From: Felis catus
Lineage: Eukaryota
DNA: 64,000 nt
Assembly: GCF_018350175.1 (NCBI RefSeq)
Contig: NC_058368.1
Span: 209,996,001-210,060,000, forward strand
Direction of reading: 5' to 3'
Shown: positions 12,129 to 23,398 of the stretch, piece by piece
Position numbering within the stretch: the stretch's first letter is position 1
Layout: each line of letters opens with the position of its first letter
Notes under the pieces: generated by a model
The model's input: the letters and a program-made list of their open reading frames with translations, nothing else
What the model was told of the DNA's origin: nothing
The model's database searches: none
Translations under genes and position numbers: made by a program

Positions 12129-12139
12129 GGCTATTTTAG

Positions 12140-12718
12140 GTATAGGATTGTCTTTTCCACCTGTAGAGCCTTTATATAGGCTTCATTACCAAGGAGCTTA
12201 CAGAATACCTATTCAGGAGCATAGAAACCCACACAACTTAGTGTCAGACCAGGGGACCCATTTCCTAGTGAGGGAGATTGGGAGCAGGGCCATGATAATG
12301 GGGTCCATTTTTGTATCGCATACTGCACCATCCAGAAGCAGCTGGTGTCTTAGGTGGCACCACAGTCTTCTAAAATTGCAGCAGACACTCCAGCTCAGAG
12401 CTAATACTTTGGGATGATGGTCTGTCATCATTCAGCATGTGGTATGTGTATTAAGCGTAAGCCTCTATGTGATGCTGTGTCACCAACAAGAACAAATGGG
12501 TCTAGGAAACAAGCAGTGGAAACAAGAGTGGTCTCACTGGTGATTTTTATGTTTCTTGTCCCTTTAAGTCTATTTCTGTAGAATTGAAGGTCTTGATCCC
12601 CAAAGTAGGAATATTTTTGCAGGGTACACAGCAGGGTTCCCATTGAACTACAAGTTACAGTTGTGTCCAGGTTCCAGTAGGTAAGAAGGAAGTCATCATA
12701 CTGACAGTGGTAATTTAC
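12140..12718 (+). mobile_element. ERVL internal remnant (integrase core)
   Basis: Translations HNLVSDQGTHF and HHPEAAG match ERVL integrase core motifs; frameshifted. Continues at 13146-13260. Confidence 0.8.
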
Positions 12719-13145
12719 TGTTAGTCTAGGTCCTCTGAAAAGCAGACATCATGGCAGGATTAGACATGTAGGGATTTTATTGGAGCAAACGCCAAAGGAA
12801 GAAAATGAATCATGTGAGGTTGGGAGAGTGGTCAGACTGTGATGCAAGTCTGATCCGAAGGAAGTGGAGAGGAAACAAAGGTTGGGTAGGAGGATCCTAG
12901 ACTGCTGTGCAGTCTTCAGAAGTCTCAACAAGGCCACTGGGAGCCCTGAACCCAAAGTCAGCCACCAGAGGAGTCCCATGTCTCCCAGGAAGGGCCACCA
13001 TAGTATCCCCGCAGTGCCCATTCATTGTCCAGGAGCAGCCTGTGGGAAGTGCAGCCTCAGATTTCAGAGCCAGCACCTGGGGCCCTTGGTCAGTTACACT
13101 CCCTATTGTTGGAGTTCTGCTGAGTGCATTCTCATGGCTGCCATA
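12719..13145 (-). mobile_element. LTR16A-like ERVL solo LTR inserted into the ERVL internal remnant
   Basis: Ends tgttagtctaggtcctc...ctcatggctgccata; internal gatgcaagtctga, gagtcccatgtctcccagg and ggggcccttggtcagttac match reverse LTR16A as recalled. Confidence 0.85.
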
Positions 13146-13359
13146 CTGATCCTGGTTCACAGGAAATGGTAGGACTGCTTTTATACAAGGAGGAAATGAG
13201 GAATGCCATGTATAACCTCCTGGCACTTCCTTGCCTCATTACAATTGTGAATATATGAATATGTGTGCATATTATCTGCATAGGATTATAAGAGCGGGAA
13301 GAAAAATATGGGAGGATACAAATTAACTTGTGAACATGGCATGGAAGATAGTATTGATT

Positions 13360-13600
13360 TGTTGATGGAAGCCATTCTTGATCCCCTTTTCCACAGCCAC
13401 TTTCCAGTCAGGGATGGCCATGTGACACAGTTCTGGCTCGAGAGACATAAGCACAATTGTACTGGTTGTCATGTCTCCACCCCCCCCCCCCCCCCCAACA
13501 CTGGCTTCCTCATCAGGATATGTGCTCAATGCGTGAAGCTGGAGCAGCCATTTTGAGGCAATGAAAGAAAGGCCAAAAGGATTGCCCGCAGTAGAGTATC
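13360..13600 (+). mobile_element. MaLR LTR fragment (MLT1H/I/J-like)
   Basis: ggccatgtgacacagttctggc and gctggagcagccattttg. Confidence 0.65.
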
Positions 13601-13949
13601 TTTAGAACTCATGAGAACAAACTGGACACCTATGTTTTACTCACAGTAAATATGTATTCTATCATATAGGATACTTTTGGTTATATGAATTCATGTGGTA
13701 AAGAGGTAAGTCAAGGCTTAGAAAAGCAAATATAAGTAAGACCCACTTAAAAAAATCATACATATGATCACATGTAATCATTTACATGCATAGGTCTATA
13801 TATGTTTTAATAGATGTAAAAGCCAATAAAATGATTAAATATTAAAAAAGTAATAATGTCAATTTAATCTATTTTTAAACTTCACTGGCATATAACTTAT
13901 ATATTTAAATTTTCATTATTTTAGTTATACCTTATTTAAACATTTTTAA

Positions 13950-16450
13950 TATAGTACATATTTTTTCTTTGCCAGATCTTGATTTTACTCATCTTACAAA
14001 ACAAAAACAAAAACTTAGATTCTGTAGACCTTCTTTACTGTTTATTTTCTAATTCATAAAGTCTTTCCTTACCTTTGTCATTTCTTTCCTTCTACTTATT
14101 TTTGGGATACTGTGTTCATTTTCTAACTCTTTGAGTTGAATGCTCAGCATTAATTTTTAGCTTTTATGTATTTATTTTTGAATGTAATAAATCCTGGCCA
14201 AAACATGAGTGTTGGTCTAACGCAATTAGTGATGGGCTCCCATTTTCTGTCCAGCCCCTATTCTTAATCAGGAGGCAGATTGAAGTTCTCATCCTCTTTA
14301 TAGGTGGGAGAGGGCTGGGCAAAGGTGAAATGGCAGGCAATGGAGACAGGAGGTGGGTTCTCAGCCAGTTACTCCCCCCAGAAGTCTTGTCAGTAGCAAG
14401 CTCCAGTAGATGATCACCACCAGATGGTGCCCAACCTCAATGGGGACCATTCAAGAAAGGGGATCTCTAGATCTCCTTGCCCATGGACTTCTTTTTCTTT
14501 TCTTCTTTTTTTAATCTTTTCTTTATCTTATTGTATTGTTTTTATTACACTATTCCTCCTTATATTTCAAATATTTTACTGGTTACAGTAAAAGTTTTAT
14601 CGTGCATACTTCACTAGTTATTCAATCTTTATTTGTTTTCCTTCCCCAAATACAAGGATTTAAGATACCTCCTCACATTTCCCATGCCATTGTTCTTTAG
14701 TATTTCCTTTAACTTGCTTTTGGCTCTTCCAAATTAGCTCTTATTTTTGTTACTGTTGTTTCAACTCAATGCTCATTTCTCTGCTCATTTGTTCATATTT
14801 ATTTTAAGATTCAACTTGTGTTTCTTTCTAAAATACATTCAATTAGTAGCTTTTCCAGCAATGGATGTCAGGGATAAATTTCTTTAGGCTTATTTTTTAA
14901 AATACCTTTATTTCATCCTCATTCAGGAACAACAGCTTAGTTGGGTATAGAAGAGAAACTCTTCTATTTTTGCTAGTGATAATTTTGTGGTCAACCTACT
15001 TGTCATTTCTTTTAGGTTTTCTGTCTTTTCAGGAGCTGTTAAGTGTTTTATTTGTTTGTTTGTTTGTTTAAAAGTTTGGCTCCAGGGTGCCTGGGTGGCT
15101 CAGTCAGTTAAGCATCTGACTTCGGCTCAGGTCATGATCTCACGGTCTGTGAGTTTGAGCCCTGCATCAGGCTCTGTGCTGACAGCTCAGAGCCTGGAGC
15201 CTGTTTCGGATTCTGTGTTTCCCTCTCTGACCCTCCCCCGTTCATGCTCTGTCTCTCTTTGTCTCAAAAATAAATAAATGTTTAAAAAAAATTTTAAAGT
15301 TTGGCTCCAATGTGCGTATCTGTATGGCTTTTTTGTTTATTTTCTTTTATGCTACTTGGGACTCAATGGCCTTCTTAAATTCTGGAAAATTCCCTGCTAT
15401 TATTTCTTTGAGTTTCCTCAAACCCCCTTCCCTCCATTCTCTTCTGTAATTTATATTTGATTTAGATTTAAAAATCCAAATATATCAGTCAACTCTCATG
15501 GTTTCTTAAACTCTCTTTGACATTTTCTGTTCTTATTTTTCTGTGTTTTATTCTGGATGATTTTCTCATCAATCTACCAGTTCACTAGTTCTTTTTAAGT
15601 GCATCTCCTCTGCTATTTAATTTGATTTAAAATTTTTTAATGATTTTACTTTTCAGTTCTAGAAGTTCTACTTGATTATTACTCAAATTGCTCACTTAAA
15701 TTTTTGAGTCCATTTTGATTTTTGTTGTGCTTTCTTCTATCACCTCAGTTTAAACATACTTATTTTGCTGTGTCTTTCAGGTTATTCTGTTATTTTAGTT
15801 CTTCGGCTCATTATTCTTCCATGTGTTGTATCAGCTAATACTCCTCCCTGATACATTTTCATCATGTGGTTAGTACATTTTTACCGTAAGCTTTTACTTT
15901 TCCCTTTGTTAAGAGTTCCATTCACCGTGGATTGTGGATAATTCTTTACACAGCAGTTTTGTATTTATTTCACTCCAGGTTCCCATGGTTTACACTAGCT
16001 TAAATTCATACCCCATACTCAGGTTTGGGATTTGGGTTTGGTACTTTTCACAAGATGAATATTTTTTCCCACTTGAGCCCAGAAAAGATAACTTGCTTCC
16101 TTGTTGTTGCTCTGGACAGTAGACAGAGTTCTTGAAGTACTCCATTCAAGTCCTGGGAGGATTTTTGGAGTCTCAGTTTCAAGCAAAGATCTCAGTTTCA
16201 GCCTGAACAGCCTCCAGGCCAAATTTTCTGTGGGACCTGTATCCAGTTCTGATTCTTTCTTGGTCCCTTACATGTCAGCTGGAGCCCCACATCTCTGGTT
16301 TTGAATTTCCTTTTGTTTCTGGCACCCGGGAACTGTCTTGGCCTTTTTGAAGCTGTGCATTTTAGAGTTTTAAAATATTTATCCAGCATTCCATGTATTT
16401 GTAGTGGGGAGGAGTCTTTGTTGTCAGGCTGCCATTTTGCCAGCACTGAA
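13950..16450 (-). mobile_element. Highly decayed ancient L1 (L1M/L1ME-like), interrupted at 14190-14490 and by a SINE
   Basis: T-rich plus strand with L1-like phrases (tttctttccttctactta, tttatttcatcctcatt, ccagttcactagttct); boundaries approximate. Confidence 0.55.
15085..15295 (+). mobile_element. SINEC_Fc-type SINE
   Basis: Complete head-to-tail copy. 14-bp TSD aaagtttggctcca at 15071-15084 and 15296-15309. Confidence 0.96.
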
Positions 16451-16759
16451 GGCCTTCCATACTCATGTGTTGGTTATGCATTTCTCACTTAAATTAATCT
16501 GGACAAATTCCCCTGATCTGATCTCACACCCCAAAGAAGTTGGATGAACCAGGAACATAGAGTGGCCTACTTGAGTTTCCTTTTCCATTTCATTTGCATT
16601 ATTTCTCAGAAACAATCAAAGAAGGATGGAGCTGGGAGGGACCTCTCATCTGTATGCTCATTATCAGATGAGGAAGCAGGGCCTAACTGGAACTCTGGAT
16701 TTTGGATTCTATGTCTGGAACACATTCAAATTCGCTAGCTGGAGCTGAGTGTAGAAAAA

Positions 16760-16960
16760 GGGGCTCTGGACTTGGACTCAGAAAACGGAAATTTGCAGCC
16801 CAGGTTTGCCACCTAAGAGCTGTAGGATCTTGGACAAGCCACTTAGCCCTTTGAGACCCAGTATGTTATCTTTTAGATAGAATAGAGGCAGAGTACATGG
16901 GCTTTTTGATTCAGCAAGTGTGAAAGGTTTTGGGATGTAGTAAGCATTAAAGAATTCTTT
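16760..16960 (+). mobile_element. MIR SINE
   Basis: gatcttggacaagccacttagcccttgagacccagt MIR-like core. Confidence 0.6.
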
Positions 16961-17294
16961 CTTCCTTATGGTTAAGATACCCCCATACCCTCTAAGAAAT
17001 ATCTCTTTGCAGCTGTTCGTTTTCACAGAATCTGCCTGGAAAAAGCAGATTTGTCAAACTGAAGGTGTAAAATTGGGAAACAGGAGGTTATTTTCCTGTG
17101 TCTCTTTTTTTCAATCCTGAAACTTCATTCCTAAAGGCTAAGCAAATCTGTCTTAAAGAGTTATATACAGGCTATACAATTGTTAGTGAAGTCATTGGAA
17201 TCTTAAATGCTTTTCATTTAAAGTTTCACATTCACTGGTTTCCCATTCATTGGCCTATGGCTTTCTTGTGGTGATCACAGAGTGGATTCTACAC

Positions 17295-17500
17295 CAGGGG
17301 TTGTTAGCAAACTTACTCTGTAAATGGCCAGATAGCATATATTTTAGGTTTTGAGGGCCACAAATGTTCTCTGTCACGTATTCTGGTTTTGTTTACAGCC
17401 CTTCAAAAATATAAGAAACATTCTTACATTGTAGACTGTACAAAAACAAGCCATAGGCTGGGTTTGGCCCATGGGACTGGCTGTAGTATGGAAGCCTGTT
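17295..17500. mobile_element. MER58A-like hAT MITE
   Basis: gcaaacttactctgtaaatggccagatagcatatattttagg and gggtttggcccatggg...tgtagt. Confidence 0.8.
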
Positions 17501-17999
17501 GTGGACTGACATAGCCTTCTGACCAAGTCCATGAAGACTTGACTTCAGCAAATCTCACTCAGCGCTTAGGGGCATTTAGCCTAATTACCCTACCAAGTTT
17601 GTGCAACCATCCTTTGTCCTGCACCCTCTTTGTCCTCTACCCCACCAGCTCCTGATTTTTTAGACTAGTTTCCTAGAGGAAAGAGAAGGACCGCTCATTG
17701 GATCACTCGTTGATTGGATTTCTATCCGTCCAATCAATGACTTTTGCTTTTTGATCAGAAAGTGATTTCCTAGGTGGTTAAATTAATGCTTCTCAACATT
17801 TTCTATGACATGGCACATTTGGAAAATGATAGTAGTTTGTACAGCTCGGGACTGTGGGATTTGGGGTGGGGTGGGGGGAAGTGAACAGAAGAAGGTTGAA
17901 CATGTCCAGAGACAACTCATGTCCAGAGACAACTGGGCTTCAGGACTCCAAATGCCCCAGGAGATCTGACGGGGTTAATGTCTCAGCAAAGCTATCAGG

Positions 18000-18235
18000 A
18001 ATATAGCAAAATAGTGATAGGCATAGTGAACTTGGAAATCAATCCCATATTTAAATCCTGGCTTTGCTTCTTGCTAATGATATGACCTTGGCAAACTTTT
18101 TAATGTGCTCTGTCTTAATTTCCTCCTCTGTAGAATGAGAATAATAATAGAAATACCTATTTGATAATGTCTATTTTCATATAAAAATGTGTATTATATA
18201 TCCATGTAATGCCCTTAGCAAGGTGCTCAGTTATT
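18000..18235 (+). mobile_element. MIR SINE
   Basis: tttaaatcctggctttg...tgaccttggcaa...ttcctcctctgtagaatgagaataata. Confidence 0.7.
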
Positions 18236-19246
18236 AATCCTAAGTAGAATGCATTCTTCTTCTAAGTCAACAGTAGTTTTGCATTAAATGAATTTTATTT
18301 ATTGAAGAAAGTCTCTAGGAACTAATAACTTCTAGCCCTTTGAACTTTAGTTTAAAAACGAAATAGTTTAAAAACTATTGTTTTTATTATAAAGGTTTCT
18401 TTTTTTTCACTTTGTCTTCCAAATTTAAGCCTTTGTGGTCTGCATTTTTTTTTTGTGAATCTTTTTTTATTGTTCAAACACTCAATGTCAAGGAGTTCCG
18501 GCCAGTGATGTACAGAGAACACCATGATAAGTAGCAATCTTCAGTTCTTTCGGGCCAGGCTCCCTGCTTTCTAGACACTTATGTACAGTGATCCAGAAAG
18601 AGTTAAGCAATCATATAGGGTAAGAATTAAACAGAAAGCATGAGATGATCTGAAAAAGTCTGGCACATGGCGTGGGTTTGCTGTATATCGGGTAAACACT
18701 TCAAGTAAAACTTTGGGTTGAGGAGTGTGCCTTTAGAGCCAGCAATCAAGTCATTAATAACCACAATTTGCCAATGGATCTGCAGCGGAGCCACCTGTGG
18801 GTAATCAGCCCTTGGCCATGTCTAGAGAATGTATCCTCTGTCTCTGAGGCAGCCAACCCTTCCAGGGGTCCTGGGATACAGCTGCCGCCATAGCAGTAAG
18901 AGAGCAACAGTGTCAGGAAGTGAAAGATCACCTTACAAGTGGAAACCACAGGAATCCCGGGCAGGCAGAAGTAATCAGGAAAGTTGTGTTTTGGCAAGGT
19001 GACATGGGTCAGCTCTCCCGGCCTCAAGAAGAGTGCTCTGAGATCCGTGTGACTTTAATCACATTCAGTCACTCTGTGGTTATGGGATGGCTGGTTGCAA
19101 AGTGTTCACAGTGCATTTTGCTTCATTATGCCTAGTACTTTGTGGGGGTGAAAAAGCAATGGAAGAGTTCATTCCTTCACCTAAGGCCCTAAAATTGGCT
19201 AGCAGGTCAGACTTGACATATATACAGCAGTTAAAGATACAAGTGA

Positions 19247-19437
19247 TGGGGCCCCTGGGTGGCTCAGCAGGTTGAGAGTCCAACTCTTGATTTTGGTCAC
19301 GGTCCCAGGGTCCTGGGATGGACCCCCATGCCGGGCTCTGTGCTGCGTGTGGAATCTGCTTAGGGTTCTTTCTTGCTCTCCTCCTGTTCCTCTCCCCCGC
19401 TCGCATGTGCTCTCTTTCCTAAATAAGAAAACATTTT
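19247..19437 (+). mobile_element. Older SINEC, its tail interrupted by a young SINE
   Basis: Diverged head ggggcccctgggtggctcagcaggttgagagtcc; the tail resumes at 19678. Confidence 0.9.
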
Positions 19438-19664
19438 GGGGCGCCTGGGTGGCGCAGTCGGTTAAGCGTCCGACTTCAGCCAGGTCACGATCTCGCGGTC
19501 CATGAGTTCGAGCCCCGCCTCAGGCTCTGGGCTGATGGCTCGGAGCCTGGAGCCTGTTTCCGATTCTGTGTCTCCTTCTCTCTCTGCCCCTCCCCCATTC
19601 GTGCTCTGTCTCTCTGTCCCAAAAATAAATAAAAAAAAAAAATAAAAAAAAATATAAAACGTTG
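19438..19664 (+). mobile_element. Young SINEC_Fc
   Basis: CpGs retained (ggcgcagtcggttaagcgtccgac). 13-bp TSD aagaaaacatttt at 19425-19437 and 19665-19677. Confidence 0.97.
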
Positions 19665-20519
19665 AAGAAAACATTTTAACAATTAAAAAAATTAAAAATT
19701 AAGATTTTTATTTAAAAAATAATTTAACTTATTTTATTAAATTTTTAGTTAATTTAAAAATTAAAATTAAAAAAATATATATGTGAAAAATCTCCAGAAA
19801 CAGGAACTCTAGGCTATATAGGTCCTCCAAAGTTCTCCAGAAAAAAACAGTAACAATAAGGATCTGCCATAAAGAAGGTTTGTGAAGCTCCAAATACTTC
19901 ATTCTCTCCCGAAGAGTCACAAAGATGCGACCATGTTAAAGGGTCTTAGAAGTCCCGCAGTAAAGAATACAGTGTAGCTATGTTTAACAGAGTTTCACAA
20001 ATGTAATTGACCTTGGCACCCACCTTCCCACTGCCTGCAGTGATCTGGAGTTCTTTGATTCTTTGGTTGAAAGGAGATACCAACTCTAGCTAAGAAGAAC
20101 AAAAGTAATTTTCTGGAGAAGTCCTGGAAGCTTATGGAATTGTCAGGAAGACTGGAGAACCAAGCTGCCTCCTCATGTGGTTGCCTGAGAGCCAACATGA
20201 CTTAGATTTACTACTTAAAACTGGATCACTGTGAAGGCTGGAGGGAGCCTTAGATGTATGTCAGGGACTTCACAGAGGAGGAATGAGTACTTTTACTCAT
20301 AAAAGTACTCATCGTGTACTCATCCTAAGAAAGTAATTATGTTGGTCTTTTGAAAGTTGATAGTTTCTTGTGGTCATGGTTCATCTGAGGTTAGAGGTTC
20401 AACAGTCATTACTTCCCTCTCTTCTCTCCCCATTACTCTGAATATGGAGTAAAAGTACTCATTGTAAAGACTCAACTTCTCTGTGAAACACATTCTGCTA
20501 CTTCCTTGCTCTCCTCATC

Positions 20520-20902
20520 TAGAATTGCCAGATTAAAGACAAGGACTCCCAGTTAAATTGGAATTTCAGATAAATGATGAATAATGTTTTAGTAGAAGTG
20601 TATCTCAAACGTTGCATGAGACTTATACTAGAAAAGTGTTTGTGGTTTATGTGGAATTCAAAATTAACTGGGGATCCTGAATTTTTTGAAAGTTTACTTA
20701 TTTATTTTTGGAGAGAGAGAGCACAAGTGAGGGAGGGGCAGAGAGAGAGGGAGAGAACTCTGACAGCGCAGAGCCCGACAGGGGGCTCAAACTCACGAAC
20801 CCTGAGATCATGACCTGAGCTGAAACCAAGAATCAGACGCTTAACCGACTGAGCCACCCAGGTGCCCGGGATCTGGTATTTTTACTTGCTAAATCTGACA
20901 AG
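20520..20902. mobile_element. MER53-like palindromic hAT MITE, interrupted by a SINE
   Basis: Inverted arms cccagttaaattggaatttcagataaa and tttatgtggaattcaaaattaactgggg; end ttgctaaatctgacaa. Confidence 0.8.
20683..20866 (-). mobile_element. SINEC with a small internal deletion, inside MER53
   Basis: SINEC head. Degenerate TSD gggatcctgaattttt / gggatctggtattttt. Confidence 0.92.
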
Positions 20903-22334
20903 TGGAGCAAGGTTTTCCCTGGGTGACACCGATGGGATTGCATCTTGTCTTGTCTCCCTTCTCTGACTGTGCAGGCAAAGCTCTCAGCACTGTGTCTGGC
21001 AAAGATATAGCACTCAATAAGGGTTAATAACTTTTGTTATCGCTGTATTCTGCAGCTACTTTCGCCTTTGTTCTGGTAACATTTTTAACACTTTCTTATC
21101 CTTATGTGGTTTCATTTTGCCTTCTTTATCAGTCTGCAAATCTAATGACAGGAGGAACTGTGTTTTTATACCTTAGCAACTGGATATTGTTGGTGCTTGA
21201 TAAACGTTGAATGAAAAAAAGAAGGAAAGAGAGTCACTTGCACAAGAGGTGATAGAAGAAATGCTATAAAGGGAATATTGAAGCTACATATCAAATTAAT
21301 AGTGTTTTTCAGTCACTTTTGGCATCTGACAGTCTTGATGTAAAATCTGAGGTCCGCCACTTAATATTCATCTGATCTGGGGCAAACTGTTTGTCATTTT
21401 CGAGATTCTAGTTCCTTATCTGTGAAATGGGGATAATGCATTTTCCCAGCACTATGAGACTGTTCTTGACTCGGCCACTGAGAGAAGAATCAGTCCCGGT
21501 GCCCCTGGCAGTTTTGGGGGGACTTCCACACGTGTGGGACCTCACCTGCCTTTAGCCAATTCGCCACATTGATGCGGTATGAGCTGGATGCAGACTGATT
21601 CTTACAGGGTGGTTTCCTAGAGGAACAGAACCTACCTTTTAAGGTACCCCTGCTTCTCTCTTTCATCCGTTTCCGGAGAGAATCTTCATATACTTGCTTC
21701 TCTTTCTGTCTTTTTCTGTCTTCTTCTCACACGTGTGTTTCTTTTTAATTTTTTGCCTTTAGTGAGCAGTGACAGGCCTCAAGTTCCAGAGTCTCTTTTT
21801 TTTTTTTTTTTTTAGCACCAAGCAGTGTTTATTTCTTCTTTTCCCTGCCTGTGTGAGAAAGGAAAGGCTAGAGGGCTGAAGGTTTTCTGGCTCCCTCATC
21901 TGGGGGAGCCCTCTCTCTGTGTGTGGGTTTGTCACTGGGGTACACATCCTGCCTTCCAAAACATTTTGGACAGAATGCAAGTCTTTTTTTGGTGACTCCG
22001 AATTATCATTATGGACGGTGGCTTTGCAGAGACCTGGGACTTTGAGATTTTGACTAAAAAAATCAATTTATCACAGGAGGAGGAAGAAAATTTCCCTGCT
22101 TAACTAAGTGGGAGTTACTGTAGTTTAATCAGAGACTTTTAGCTCCCTTCACCAAAGGAAGACTTTCACCCAAGAGCAGGTGGTCCGTAGGTAATGCAGG
22201 ACCTTAGCTCAAAGAGACAGATTGTCAGAACACAGTCAGCACCCTACAGAAGCATCCCAGCTTGAAAAGGGATAGCTGTGCTCTGGGAATGAAATTTGCC
22301 TTGAACCTCCCACCAATGCAAAAAGGCAAGCCCA

Positions 22335-22545
22335 GAGGGAAGTGGTTAAAAGCTGCGAGCTCTCAAGAAACTCTCTCGGTCCCAATCCCAGCTTTGCCTC
22401 TCACTAGCCGTAATATCTTAGGGAAGATGCTTAACTGCATCTGTAGGATTTGAAGAATAACAGCACCTACCACACAGGGTTCTTACGAGGATTAAATGAC
22501 ATCATGCAAACAAGCAAGGATGGCGCAGAGGCATTTCATAAATAC
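22335..22545 (+). mobile_element. MIR SINE
   Basis: aatcccagctttgcctctcactagc...cacctaccacacagggttcttacgaggattaaatga. Confidence 0.7.
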
Positions 22546-22729
22546 TAACTCTTACGACTCTCATTTTATGAAGAAAAATGAGTAACTGGTGGAGTCAAAA
22601 TTAGATTCCAACTCCCGCTTTTTTCCCCCCCATTTCAGCACAGGGCCACTGCCAAAAGGAGAGAGGGGAAGTGGAACGTGGGGGCATCAACGGGATCCCC
22701 CAAATTATATCCCTAGTTACAAATGTCAC

Positions 22730-23140
22730 TAATTGGCTAGGATGTAGGTCTTGCTGCTAAAAACCAGAATATCAGTGGCTTAAACAAGACAAATTTATAT
22801 TCTTATTAAGAATCAGACCAAGGATAAACAGTAGAAGGTGATGTGGTGGCTCCATTGCATCAGTGACCAGACTCTTTCTTGTTGCTCTGTCATCCTAAAT
22901 ACGTGGTTGTTTGTCCCAGCTCTGGACACCATGTCCACACCCAAGCCAGCAGATGATGAGAACAGAGAACATTAGACTTCCTTTCAAACACGGGCATGAC
23001 CTGGAAGTAGTATATCACTTCCATACACACCCTATTGGCCATACCCAACTGGAGGGGAGAATAGCATAGTCTTTGTTTCAAGCAGTCATGCGCTCAGTTA
23101 TTATACTAAAATAAAATAGGAACGATGGCTATTGGGAGCT
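22730..23140 (-). mobile_element. MaLR LTR (MLT1J-like)
   Basis: cagtggcttaaacaagac, gacctggaagtagtatatcacttcc and ctattggcca. Confidence 0.7.
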
Positions 23141-23159
23141 TAGGTAAAATAGTTCTTTC

Positions 23160-23219
23160 TTCATTTTTATTTATTTTTTTATTTTTAGGGAGAGAGAGTG
23201 TGAGTCGGGGAGAGAAGCA

Positions 23220-23269
<50 letters not shown>

Positions 23270-23398
23270 CTGAATAGGTTCCACACCCAGTGTGCAGCCT
23301 GAAGTCGCAGGGCTTGATCCCATGACCCTGAGATCATGACCTGAGCAGAAATGAAGGGCTGGACGCTCAACCAACTGACTGAGCCTCCCAGGTACCTC
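23160..23398 (-). mobile_element. SINEC with (GA)n tract
   Basis: SINEC body. Degenerate 19-bp TSD taggtaaaatagttctttc (23141-23159) / tagatgcaatagttctttc (23399-23417). Confidence 0.93.

Noticed and set aside
19438..19520. tRNA-like A/B boxes
   Set aside because: These are the tRNA-derived heads of SINECs, not tRNA genes.
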